Below are positions 1 through 12,000 of a stretch of DNA of 64,000 nucleotides, piece by piece. The notes under the pieces were generated by a model that was not told the DNA's origin, did not search any database, and saw only the letters and a program-made list of their open reading frames with translations. Position numbers and translations under genes: made by a program. This DNA is from Naegleria gruberi (Eukaryota). The stretch lies in NCBI GenBank assembly GCA_000004985.1, contig GG738845.1. One strand, given 5' to 3'. Numbering within the stretch: the first letter of the stretch is position 1; every line of letters begins with the position of its first letter.

Positions 1-3000
1 NNNNNNNNNNNNNNNNNNNNNNNNNNNNNNNNNNNNNNNNNNNNNNNNNNNNNNNNNNNNNNNNNNNNNNNNNNNNNNNNNNNNNNNNNNNNNNNNNNNN
101 NNNNNNNNNNNNNNNNNNNNNNNNNNNNNNNNNNNNNNNNNNNNNNNNNNNNNNNNNNNNNNNNNNNNNNNNNNNNNNNNNNNNNNNNNNNNNNNNNNNN
201 NNNNNNNNNNNNNNNNNNNNNNNNNNNNNNNNNNNNNNNNNNNNNNNNNNNNNNNNNNNNNNNNNNNNNNNNNNNNNNNNNNNNNNNNNNNNNNNNNNNN
301 NNNNNNNNNNNNNNNNNNNNNNNNNNNNNNNNNNNNNNNNNNNNNNNNNNNNNNNNNNNNNNNNNNNNNNNNNNNNNNNNNNNNNNNNNNNNNNNNNNNN
401 NNNNNNNNNNNNNNNNNNNNNNNNNNNNNNNNNNNNNNNNNNNNNNNNNNNNNNNNNNNNNNNNNNNNNNNNNNNNNNNNNNNNNNNNNNNNNNNNNNNN
501 NNNNNNNNNNNNNNNNNNNNNNNNNNNNNNNNNNNNNNNNNNNNNNNNNNNNNNNNNNNNNNNNNNNNNNNNNNNNNNNNNNNNNNNNNNNNNNNNNNNN
601 NNNNNNNNNNNNNNNNNNNNNNNNNNNNNNNNNNNNNNNNNNNNNNNNNNNNNNNNNNNNNNNNNNNNNNNNNNNNNNNNNNNNNNNNNNNNNNNNNNNN
701 NNNNNNNNNNNNNNNNNNNNNNNNNNNNNNNNNNNNNNNNNNNNNNNNNNNNNNNNNNNNNNNNNNNNNNNNNNNNNNNNNNNNNNNNNNNNNNNNNNNN
801 NNNNNNNNNNNNNNNNNNNNNNNNNNNNNNNNNNNNNNNNNNNNNNNNNNNNNNNNNNNNNNNNNNNNNNNNNNNNNNNNNNNNNNNNNNNNNNNNNNNN
901 NNNNNNNNNNNNNNNNNNNNNNNNNNNNNNNNNNNNNNNNNNNNNNNNNNNNNNNNNNNNNNNNNNNNNNNNNNNNNNNNNNNNNNNNNNNNNNNNNNNN
1001 NNNNNNNNNNNNNNNNNNNNNNNNNNNNNNNNNNNNNNNNNNNNNNNNNNNNNNNNNNNNNNNNNNNNNNNNNNNNNNNNNNNNNNNNNNNNNNNNNNNN
1101 NNNNNNNNNNNNNNNNNNNNNNNNNNNNNNNNNNNNNNNNNNNNNNNNNNNNNNNNNNNNNNNNNNNNNNNNNNNNNNNNNNNNNNNNNNNNNNNNNNNN
1201 NNNNNNNNNNNNNNNNNNNNNNNNNNNNNNNNNNNNNNNNNNNNNNNNNNNNNNNNNNNNNNNNNNNNNNNNNNNNNNNNNNNNNNNNNNNNNNNNNNNN
1301 NNNNNNNNNNNNNNNNNNNNNNNNNNNNNNNNNNNNNNNNNNNNNNNNNNNNNNNNNNNNNNNNNNNNNNNNNNNNNNNNNNNNNNNNNNNNNNNNNNNN
1401 NNNNNNNNNNNNNNNNNNNNNNNNNNNNNNNNNNNNNNNNNNNNNNNNNNNNNNNNNNNNNNNNNNNNNNNNNNNNNNNNNNNNNNNNNNNNNNNNNNNN
1501 NNNNNNNNNNNNNNNNNNNNNNNNNNNNNNNNNNNNNNNNNNNNNNNNNNNNNNNNNNNNNNNNNNNNNNNNNNNNNNNNNNNNNNNNNNNNNNNNNNNN
1601 NNNNNNNNNNNNNNNNNNNNNNNNNNNNNNNNNNNNNNNNNNNNNNNNNNNNNNNNNNNNNNNNNNNNNNNNNNNNNNNNNNNNNNNNNNNNNNNNNNNN
1701 NNNNNNNNNNNNNNNNNNNNNNNNNNNNNNNNNNNNNNNNNNNNNNNNNNNNNNNNNNNNNNNNNNNNNNNNNNNNNNNNNNNNNNNNNNNNNNNNNNNN
1801 NNNNNNNNNNNNNNNNNNNNNNNNNNNNNNNNNNNNNNNNNNNNNNNNNNNNNNNNNNNNNNNNNNNNNNNNNNNNNNNNNNNNNNNNNNNNNNNNNNNN
1901 NNNNNNNNNNNNNNNNNNNNNNNNNNNNNNNNNNNNNNNNNNNNNNNNNNNNNNNNNNNNNNNNNNNNNNNNNNNNNNNNNNNNNNNNNNNNNNNNNNNN
2001 NNNNNNNNNNNNNNNNNNNNNNNNNNNNNNNNNNNNNNNNNNNNNNNNNNNNNNNNNNNNNNNNNNNNNNNNNNNNNNNNNNNNNNNNNNNNNNNNNNNN
2101 NNNNNNNNNNNNNNNNNNNNNNNNNNNNNNNNNNNNNNNNNNNNNNNNNNNNNNNNNNNNNNNNNNNNNNNNNNNNNNNNNNNNNNNNNNNNNNNNNNNN
2201 NNNNNNNNNNNNNNNNNNNNNNNNNNNNNNNNNNNNNNNNNNNNNNNNNNNNNNNNNNNNNNNNNNNNNNNNNNNNNNNNNNNNNNNNNNNNNNNNNNNN
2301 NNNNNNNNNNNNNNNNNNNNNNNNNNNNNNNNNNNNNNNNNNNNNNNNNNNNNNNNNNNNNNNNNNNNNNNNNNNNNNNNNNNNNNNNNNNNNNNNNNNN
2401 NNNNNNNNNNNNNNNNNNNNNNNNNNNNNNNNNNNNNNNNNNNNNNNNNNNNNNNNNNNNNNNNNNNNNNNNNNNNNNNNNNNNNNNNNNNNNNNNNNNN
2501 NNNNNNNNNNNNNNNNNNNNNNNNNNNNNNNNNNNNNNNNNNNNNNNNNNNNNNNNNNNNNNNNNNNNNNNNNNNNNNNNNNNNNNNNNNNNNNNNNNNN
2601 NNNNNNNNNNNNNNNNNNNNNNNNNNNNNNNNNNNNNNNNNNNNNNNNNNNNNNNNNNNNNNNNNNNNNNNNNNNNNNNNNNNNNNNNNNNNNNNNNNNN
2701 NNNNNNNNNNNNNNNNNNNNNNNNNNNNNNNNNNNNNNNNNNNNNNNNNNNNNNNNNNNNNNNNNNNNNNNNNNNNNNNNNNNNNNNNNNNNNNNNNNNN
2801 NNNNNNNNNNNNNNNNNNNNNNNNNNNNNNNNNNNNNNNNNNNNNNNNNNNNNNNNNNNNNNNNNNNNNNNNNNNNNNNNNNNNNNNNNNNNNNNNNNNN
2901 NNNNNNNNNNNNNNNNNNNNNNNNNNNNNNNNNNNNNNNNNNNNNNNNNNNNNNNNNNNNNNNNNNNNNNNNNNNNNNNNNNNNNNNNNNNNNNNNNNNN

Positions 3001-6000
3001 NNNNNNNNNNNNNNNNNNNNNNNNNNNNNNNNNNNNNNNNNNNNNNNNNNNNNNNNNNNNNNNNNNNNNNNNNNNNNNNNNNNNNNNNNNNNNNNNNNNN
3101 NNNNNNNNNNNNNNNNNNNNNNNNNNNNNNNNNNNNNNNNNNNNNNNNNNNNNNNNNNNNNNNNNNNNNNNNNNNNNNNNNNNNNNNNNNNNNNNNNNNN
3201 NNNNNNNNNNNNNNNNNNNNNNNNNNNNNNNNNNNNNNNNNNNNNNNNNNNNNNNNNNNNNNNNNNNNNNNNNNNNNNNNNNNNNNNNNNNNNNNNNNNN
3301 NNNNNNNNNNNNNNNNNNNNNNNNNNNNNNNNNNNNNNNNNNNNNNNNNNNNNNNNNNNNNNNNNNNNNNNNNNNNNNNNNNNNNNNNNNNNNNNNNNNN
3401 NNNNNNNNNNNNNNNNNNNNNNNNNNNNNNNNNNNNNNNNNNNNNNNNNNNNNNNNNNNNNNNNNNNNNNNNNNNNNNNNNNNNNNNNNNNNNNNNNNNN
3501 NNNNNNNNNNNNNNNNNNNNNNNNNNNNNNNNNNNNNNNNNNNNNNNNNNNNNNNNNNNNNNNNNNNNNNNNNNNNNNNNNNNNNNNNNNNNNNNNNNNN
3601 NNNNNNNNNNNNNNNNNNNNNNNNNNNNNNNNNNNNNNNNNNNNNNNNNNNNNNNNNNNNNNNNNNNNNNNNNNNNNNNNNNNNNNNNNNNNNNNNNNNN
3701 NNNNNNNNNNNNNNNNNNNNNNNNNNNNNNNNNNNNNNNNNNNNNNNNNNNNNNNNNNNNNNNNNNNNNNNNNNNNNNNNNNNNNNNNNNNNNNNNNNNN
3801 NNNNNNNNNNNNNNNNNNNNNNNNNNNNNNNNNNNNNNNNNNNNNNNNNNNNNNNNNNNNNNNNNNNNNNNNNNNNNNNNNNNNNNNNNNNNNNNNNNNN
3901 NNNNNNNNNNNNNNNNNNNNNNNNNNNNNNNNNNNNNNNNNNNNNNNNNNNNNNNNNNNNNNNNNNNNNNNNNNNNNNNNNNNNNNNNNNNNNNNNNNNN
4001 NNNNNNNNNNNNNNNNNNNNNNNNNNNNNNNNNNNNNNNNNNNNNNNNNNNNNNNNNNNNNNNNNNNNNNNNNNNNNNNNNNNNNNNNNNNNNNNNNNNN
4101 NNNNNNNNNNNNNNNNNNNNNNNNNNNNNNNNNNNNNNNNNNNNNNNNNNNNNNNNNNNNNNNNNNNNNNNNNNNNNNNNNNNNNNNNNNNNNNNNNNNN
4201 NNNNNNNNNNNNNNNNNNNNNNNNNNNNNNNNNNNNNNNNNNNNNNNNNNNNNNNNNNNNNNNNNNNNNNNNNNNNNNNNNNNNNNNNNNNNNNNNNNNN
4301 NNNNNNNNNNNNNNNNNNNNNNNNNNNNNNNNNNNNNNNNNNNNNNNNNNNNNNNNNNNNNNNNNNNNNNNNNNNNNNNNNNNNNNNNNNNNNNNNNNNN
4401 NNNNNNNNNNNNNNNNNNNNNNNNNNNNNNNNNNNNNNNNNNNNNNNNNNNNNNNNNNNNNNNNNNNNNNNNNNNNNNNNNNNNNNNNNNNNNNNNNNNN
4501 NNNNNNNNNNNNNNNNNNNNNNNNNNNNNNNNNNNNNNNNNNNNNNNNNNNNNNNNNNNNNNNNNNNNNNNNNNNNNNNNNNNNNNNNNNNNNNNNNNNN
4601 NNNNNNNNNNNNNNNNNNNNNNNNNNNNNNNNNNNNNNNNNNNNNNNNNNNNNNNNNNNNNNNNNNNNNNNNNNNNNNNNNNNNNNNNNNNNNNNNNNNN
4701 NNNNNNNNNNNNNNNNNNNNNNNNNNNNNNNNNNNNNNNNNNNNNNNNNNNNNNNNNNNNNNNNNNNNNNNNNNNNNNNNNNNNNNNNNNNNNNNNNNNN
4801 NNNNNNNNNNNNNNNNNNNNNNNNNNNNNNNNNNNNNNNNNNNNNNNNNNNNNNNNNNNNNNNNNNNNNNNNNNNNNNNNNNNNNNNNNNNNNNNNNNNN
4901 NNNNNNNNNNNNNNNNNNNNNNNNNNNNNNNNNNNNNNNNNNNNNNNNNNNNNNNNNNNNNNNNNNNNNNNNNNNNNNNNNNNNNNNNNNNNNNNNNNNN
5001 NNNNNNNNNNNNNNNNNNNNNNNNNNNNNNNNNNNNNNNNNNNNNNNNNNNNNNNNNNNNNNNNNNNNNNNNNNNNNNNNNNNNNNNNNNNNNNNNNNNN
5101 NNNNNNNNNNNNNNNNNNNNNNNNNNNNNNNNNNNNNNNNNNNNNNNNNNNNNNNNNNNNNNNNNNNNNNNNNNNNNNNNNNNNNNNNNNNNNNNNNNNN
5201 NNNNNNNNNNNNNNNNNNNNNNNNNNNNNNNNNNNNNNNNNNNNNNNNNNNNNNNNNNNNNNNNNNNNNNNNNNNNNNNNNNNNNNNNNNNNNNNNNNNN
5301 NNNNNNNNNNNNNNNNNNNNNNNNNNNNNNNNNNNNNNNNNNNNNNNNNNNNNNNNNNNNNNNNNNNNNNNNNNNNNNNNNNNNNNNNNNNNNNNNNNNN
5401 NNNNNNNNNNNNNNNNNNNNNNNNNNNNNNNNNNNNNNNNNNNNNNNNNNNNNNNNNNNNNNNNNNNNNNNNNNNNNNNNNNNNNNNNNNNNNNNNNNNN
5501 NNNNNNNNNNNNNNNNNNNNNNNNNNNNNNNNNNNNNNNNNNNNNNNNNNNNNNNNNNNNNNNNNNNNNNNNNNNNNNNNNNNNNNNNNNNNNNNNNNNN
5601 NNNNNNNNNNNNNNNNNNNNNNNNNNNNNNNNNNNNNNNNNNNNNNNNNNNNNNNNNNNNNNNNNNNNNNNNNNNNNNNNNNNNNNNNNNNNNNNNNNNN
5701 NNNNNNNNNNNNNNNNNNNNNNNNNNNNNNNNNNNNNNNNNNNNNNNNNNNNNNNNNNNNNNNNNNNNNNNNNNNNNNNNNNNNNNNNNNNNNNNNNNNN
5801 NNNNNNNNNNNNNNNNNNNNNNNNNNNNNNNNNNNNNNNNNNNNNNNNNNNNNNNNNNNNNNNNNNNNNNNNNNNNNNNNNNNNNNNNNNNNNNNNNNNN
5901 NNNNNNNNNNNNNNNNNNNNNNNNNNNNNNNNNNNNNNNNNNNNNNNNNNNNNNNNNNNNNNNNNNNNNNNNNNNNNNNNNNNNNNNNNNNNNNNNNNNN

Positions 6001-9000
6001 NNNNNNNNNNNNNNNNNNNNNNNNNNNNNNNNNNNNNNNNNNNNNNNNNNNNNNNNNNNNNNNNNNNNNNNNNNNNNNNNNNNNNNNNNNNNNNNNNNNN
6101 NNNNNNNNNNNNNNNNNNNNNNNNNNNNNNNNNNNNNNNNNNNNNNNNNNNNNNNNNNNNNNNNNNNNNNNNNNNNNNNNNNNNNNNNNNNNNNNNNNNN
6201 NNNNNNNNNNNNNNNNNNNNNNNNNNNNNNNNNNNNNNNNNNNNNNNNNNNNNNNNNNNNNNNNNNNNNNNNNNNNNNNNNNNNNNNNNNNNNNNNNNNN
6301 NNNNNNNNNNNNNNNNNNNNNNNNNNNNNNNNNNNNNNNNNNNNNNNNNNNNNNNNNNNNNNNNNNNNNNNNNNNNNNNNNNNNNNNNNNNNNNNNNNNN
6401 NNNNNNNNNNNNNNNNNNNNNNNNNNNNNNNNNNNNNNNNNNNNNNNNNNNNNNNNNNNNNNNNNNNNNNNNNNNNNNNNNNNNNNNNNNNNNNNNNNNN
6501 NNNNNNNNNNNNNNNNNNNNNNNNNNNNNNNNNNNNNNNNNNNNNNNNNNNNNNNNNNNNNNNNNNNNNNNNNNNNNNNNNNNNNNNNNNNNNNNNNNNN
6601 NNNNNNNNNNNNNNNNNNNNNNNNNNNNNNNNNNNNNNNNNNNNNNNNNNNNNNNNNNNNNNNNNNNNNNNNNNNNNNNNNNNNNNNNNNNNNNNNNNNN
6701 NNNNNNNNNNNNNNNNNNNNNNNNNNNNNNNNNNNNNNNNNNNNNNNNNNNNNNNNNNNNNNNNNNNNNNNNNNNNNNNNNNNNNNNNNNNNNNNNNNNN
6801 NNNNNNNNNNNNNNNNNNNNNNNNNNNNNNNNNNNNNNNNNNNNNNNNNNNNNNNNNNNNNNNNNNNNNNNNNNNNNNNNNNNNNNNNNNNNNNNNNNNN
6901 NNNNNNNNNNNNNNNNNNNNNNNNNNNNNNNNNNNNNNNNNNNNNNNNNNNNNNNNNNNNNNNNNNNNNNNNNNNNNNNNNNNNNNNNNNNNNNNNNNNN
7001 NNNNNNNNNNNNNNNNNNNNNNNNNNNNNNNNNNNNNNNNNNNNNNNNNNNNNNNNNNNNNNNNNNNNNNNNNNNNNNNNNNNNNNNNNNNNNNNNNNNN
7101 NNNNNNNNNNNNNNNNNNNNNNNNNNNNNNNNNNNNNNNNNNNNNNNNNNNNNNNNNNNNNNNNNNNNNNNNNNNNNNNNNNNNNNNNNNNNNNNNNNNN
7201 NNNNNNNNNNNNNNNNNNNNNNNNNNNNNNNNNNNNNNNNNNNNNNNNNNNNNNNNNNNNNNNNNNNNNNNNNNNNNNNNNNNNNNNNNNNNNNNNNNNN
7301 NNNNNNNNNNNNNNNNNNNNNNNNNNNNNNNNNNNNNNNNNNNNNNNNNNNNNNNNNNNNNNNNNNNNNNNNNNNNNNNNNNNNNNNNNNNNNNNNNNNN
7401 NNNNNNNNNNNNNNNNNNNNNNNNNNNNNNNNNNNNNNNNNNNNNNNNNNNNNNNNNNNNNNNNNNNNNNNNNNNNNNNNNNNNNNNNNNNNNNNNNNNN
7501 NNNNNNNNNNNNNNNNNNNNNNNNNNNNNNNNNNNNNNNNNNNNNNNNNNNNNNNNNNNNNNNNNNNNNNNNNNNNNNNNNNNNNNNNNNNNNNNNNNNN
7601 NNNNNNNNNNNNNNNNNNNNNNNNNNNNNNNNNNNNNNNNNNNNNNNNNNNNNNNNNNNNNNNNNNNNNNNNNNNNNNNNNNNNNNNNNNNNNNNNNNNN
7701 NNNNNNNNNNNNNNNNNNNNNNNNNNNNNNNNNNNNNNNNNNNNNNNNNNNNNNNNNNNNNNNNNNNNNNNNNNNNNNNNNNNNNNNNNNNNNNNNNNNN
7801 NNNNNNNNNNNNNNNNNNNNNNNNNNNNNNNNNNNNNNNNNNNNNNNNNNNNNNNNNNNNNNNNNNNNNNNNNNNNNNNNNNNNNNNNNNNNNNNNNNNN
7901 NNNNNNNNNNNNNNNNNNNNNNNNNNNNNNNNNNNNNNNNNNNNNNNNNNNNNNNNNNNNNNNNNNNNNNNNNNNNNNNNNNNNNNNNNNNNNNNNNNNN
8001 NNNNNNNNNNNNNNNNNNNNNNNNNNNNNNNNNNNNNNNNNNNNNNNNNNNNNNNNNNNNNNNNNNNNNNNNNNNNNNNNNNNNNNNNNNNNNNNNNNNN
8101 NNNNNNNNNNNNNNNNNNNNNNNNNNNNNNNNNNNNNNNNNNNNNNNNNNNNNNNNNNNNNNNNNNNNNNNNNNNNNNNNNNNNNNNNNNNNNNNNNNNN
8201 NNNNNNNNNNNNNNNNNNNNNNNNNNNNNNNNNNNNNNNNNNNNNNNNNNNNNNNNNNNNNNNNNNNNNNNNNNNNNNNNNNNNNNNNNNNNNNNNNNNN
8301 NNNNNNNNNNNNNNNNNNNNNNNNNNNNNNNNNNNNNNNNNNNNNNNNNNNNNNNNNNNNNNNNNNNNNNNNNNNNNNNNNNNNNNNNNNNNNNNNNNNN
8401 NNNNNNNNNNNNNNNNNNNNNNNNNNNNNNNNNNNNNNNNNNNNNNNNNNNNNNNNNNNNNNNNNNNNNNNNNNNNNNNNNNNNNNNNNNNNNNNNNNNN
8501 NNNNNNNNNNNNNNNNNNNNNNNNNNNNNNNNNNNNNNNNNNNNNNNNNNNNNNNNNNNNNNNNNNNNNNNNNNNNNNNNNNNNNNNNNNNNNNNNNNNN
8601 NNNNNNNNNNNNNNNNNNNNNNNNNNNNNNNNNNNNNNNNNNNNNNNNNNNNNNNNNNNNNNNNNNNNNNNNNNNNNNNNNNNNNNNNNNNNNNNNNNNN
8701 NNNNNNNNNNNNNNNNNNNNNNNNNNNNNNNNNNNNNNNNNNNNNNNNNNNNNNNNNNNNNNNNNNNNNNNNNNNNNNNNNNNNNNNNNNNNNNNNNNNN
8801 NNNNNNNNNNNNNNNNNNNNNNNNNNNNNNNNNNNNNNNNNNNNNNNNNNNNNNNNNNNNNNNNNNNNNNNNNNNNNNNNNNNNNNNNNNNNNNNNNNNN
8901 NNNNNNNNNNNNNNNNNNNNNNNNNNNNNNNNNNNNNNNNNNNNNNNNNNNNNNNNNNNNNNNNNNNNNNNNNNNNNNNNNNNNNNNNNNNNNNNNNNNN

Positions 9001-12000
9001 NNNNNNNNNNNNNNNNNNNNNNNNNNNNNNNNNNNNNNNNNNNNNNNNNNNNNNNNNNNNNNNNNNNNNNNNNNNNNNNNNNNNNNNNNNNNNNNNNNNN
9101 NNNNNNNNNNNNNNNNNNNNNNNNNNNNNNNNNNNNNNNNNNNNNNNNNNNNNNNNNNNNNNNNNNNNNNNNNNNNNNNNNNNNNNNNNNNNNNNNNNNN
9201 NNNNNNNNNNNNNNNNNNNNNNNNNNNNNNNNNNNNNNNNNNNNNNNNNNNNNNNNNNNNNNNNNNNNNNNNNNNNNNNNNNNNNNNNNNNNNNNNNNNN
9301 NNNNNNNNNNNNNNNNNNNNNNNNNNNNNNNNNNNNNNNNNNNNNNNNNNNNNNNNNNNNNNNNNNNNNNNNNNNNNNNNNNNNNNNNNNNNNNNNNNNN
9401 NNNNNNNNNNNNNNNNNNNNNNNNNNNNNNNNNNNNNNNNNNNNNNNNNNNNNNNNNNNNNNNNNNNNNNNNNNNNNNNNNNNNNNNNNNNNNNNNNNNN
9501 NNNNNNNNNNNNNNNNNNNNNNNNNNNNNNNNNNNNNNNNNNNNNNNNNNNNNNNNNNNNNNNNNNNNNNNNNNNNNNNNNNNNNNNNNNNNNNNNNNNN
9601 NNNNNNNNNNNNNNNNNNNNNNNNNNNNNNNNNNNNNNNNNNNNNNNNNNNNNNNNNNNNNNNNNNNNNNNNNNNNNNNNNNNNNNNNNNNNNNNNNNNN
9701 NNNNNNNNNNNNNNNNNNNNNNNNNNNNNNNNNNNNNNNNNNNNNNNNNNNNNNNNNNNNNNNNNNNNNNNNNNNNNNNNNNNNNNNNNNNNNNNNNNNN
9801 NNNNNNNNNNNNNNNNNNNNNNNNNNNNNNNNNNNNNNNNNNNNNNNNNNNNNNNNNNNNNNNNNNNNNNNNNNNNNNNNNNNNNNNNNNNNNNNNNNNN
9901 NNNNNNNNNNNNNNNNNNNNNNNNNNNNNNNNNNNNNNNNNNNNNNNNNNNNNNNNNNNNNNNNNNNNNNNNNNNNNNNNNNNNNNNNNNNNNNNNNNNN
10001 NNNNNNNNNNNNNNNNNNNNNNNNNNNNNNNNNNNNNNNNNNNNNNNNNNNNNNNNNNNNNNNNNNNNNNNNNNNNNNNNNNNNNNNNNNNNNNNNNNNN
10101 NNNNNNNNNNNNNNNNNNNNNNNNNNNNNNNNNNNNNNNNNNNNNNNNNNNNNNNNNNNNNNNNNNNNNNNNNNNNNNNNNNNNNNNNNNNNNNNNNNNN
10201 NNNNNNNNNNNNNNNNNNNNNNNNNNNNNNNNNNNNNNNNNNNNNNNNNNNNNNNNNNNNNNNNNNNNNNNNNNNNNNNNNNNNNNNNNNNNNNNNNNNN
10301 NNNNNNNNNNNNNNNNNNNNNNNNNNNNNNNNNNNNNNNNNNNNNNNNNNNNNNNNNNNNNNNNNNNNNNNNNNNNNNNNNNNNNNNNNNNNNNNNNNNN
10401 NNNNNNNNNNNNNNNNNNNNNNNNNNNNNNNNNNNNNNNNNNNNNNNNNNNNNNNNNNNNNNNNNNNNNNNNNNNNNNNNNNNNNNNNNNNNNNNNNNNN
10501 NNNNNNNNNNNNNNNNNNNNNNNNNNNNNNNNNNNNNNNNNNNNNNNNNNNNNNNNNNNNNNNNNNNNNNNNNNNNNNNNNNNNNNNNNNNNNNNNNNNN
10601 NNNNNNNNNNNNNNNNNNNNNNNNNNNNNNNNNNNNNNNNNNNNNNNNNNNNNNNNNNNNNNNNNNNNNNNNNNNNNNNNNNNNNNNNNNNNNNNNNNNN
10701 NNNNNNNNNNNNNNNNNNNNNNNNNNNNNNNNNNNNNNNNNNNNNNNNNNNNNNNNNNNNNNNNNNNNNNNNNNNNNNNNNNNNNNNNNNNNNNNNNNNN
10801 NNNNNNNNNNNNNNNNNNNNNNNNNNNNNNNNNNNNNNNNNNNNNNNNNNNNNNNNNNNNNNNNNNNNNNNNNNNNNNNNNNNNNNNNNNNNNNNNNNNN
10901 NNNNNNNNNNNNNNNNNNNNNNNNNNNNNNNNNNNNNNNNNNNNNNNNNNNNNNNNNNNNNNNNNNNNNNNNNNNNNNNNNNNNNNNNNNNNNNNNNNNN
11001 NNNNNNNNNNNNNNNNNNNNNNNNNNNNNNNNNNNNNNNNNNNNNNNNNNNNNNNNNNNNNNNNNNNNNNNNNNNNNNNNNNNNNNNNNNNNNNNNNNNN
11101 NNNNNNNNNNNNNNNNNNNNNNNNNNNNNNNNNNNNNNNNNNNNNNNNNNNNNNNNNNNNNNNNNNNNNNNNNNNNNNNNNNNNNNNNNNNNNNNNNNNN
11201 NNNNNNNNNNNNNNNNNNNNNNNNNNNNNNNNNNNNNNNNNNNNNNNNNNNNNNNNNNNNNNNNNNNNNNNNNNNNNNNNNNNNNNNNNNNNNNNNNNNN
11301 NNNNNNNNNNNNNNNNNNNNNNNNNNNNNNNNNNNNNNNNNNNNNNNNNNNNNNNNNNNNNNNNNNNNNNNNNNNNNNNNNNNNNNNNNNNNNNNNNNNN
11401 NNNNNNNNNNNNNNNNNNNNNNNNNNNNNNNNNNNNNNNNNNNNNNNNNNNNNNNNNNNNNNNNNNNNNNNNNNNNNNNNNNNNNNNNNNNNNNNNNNNN
11501 NNNNNNNNNNNNNNNNNNNNNNNNNNNNNNNNNNNNNNNNNNNNNNNNNNNNNNNNNNNNNNNNNNNNNNNNNNNNNNNNNNNNNNNNNNNNNNNNNNNN
11601 NNNNNNNNNNNNNNNNNNNNNNNNNNNNNNNNNNNNNNNNNNNNNNNNNNNNNNNNNNNNNNNNNNNNNNNNNNNNNNNNNNNNNNNNNNNNNNNNNNNN
11701 NNNNNNNNNNNNNNNNNNNNNNNNNNNNNNNNNNNNNNNNNNNNNNNNNNNNNNNNNNNNNNNNNNNNNNNNNNNNNNNNNNNNNNNNNNNNNNNNNNNN
11801 NNNNNNNNNNNNNNNNNNNNNNNNNNNNNNNNNNNNNNNNNNNNNNNNNNNNNNNNNNNNNNNNNNNNNNNNNNNNNNNNNNNNNNNNNNNNNNNNNNNN
11901 NNNNNNNNNNNNNNNNNNNNNNNNNNNNNNNNNNNNNNNNNNNNNNNNNNNNNNNNNNNNNNNNNNNNNNNNNNNNNNNNNNNNNNNNNNNNNNNNNNNN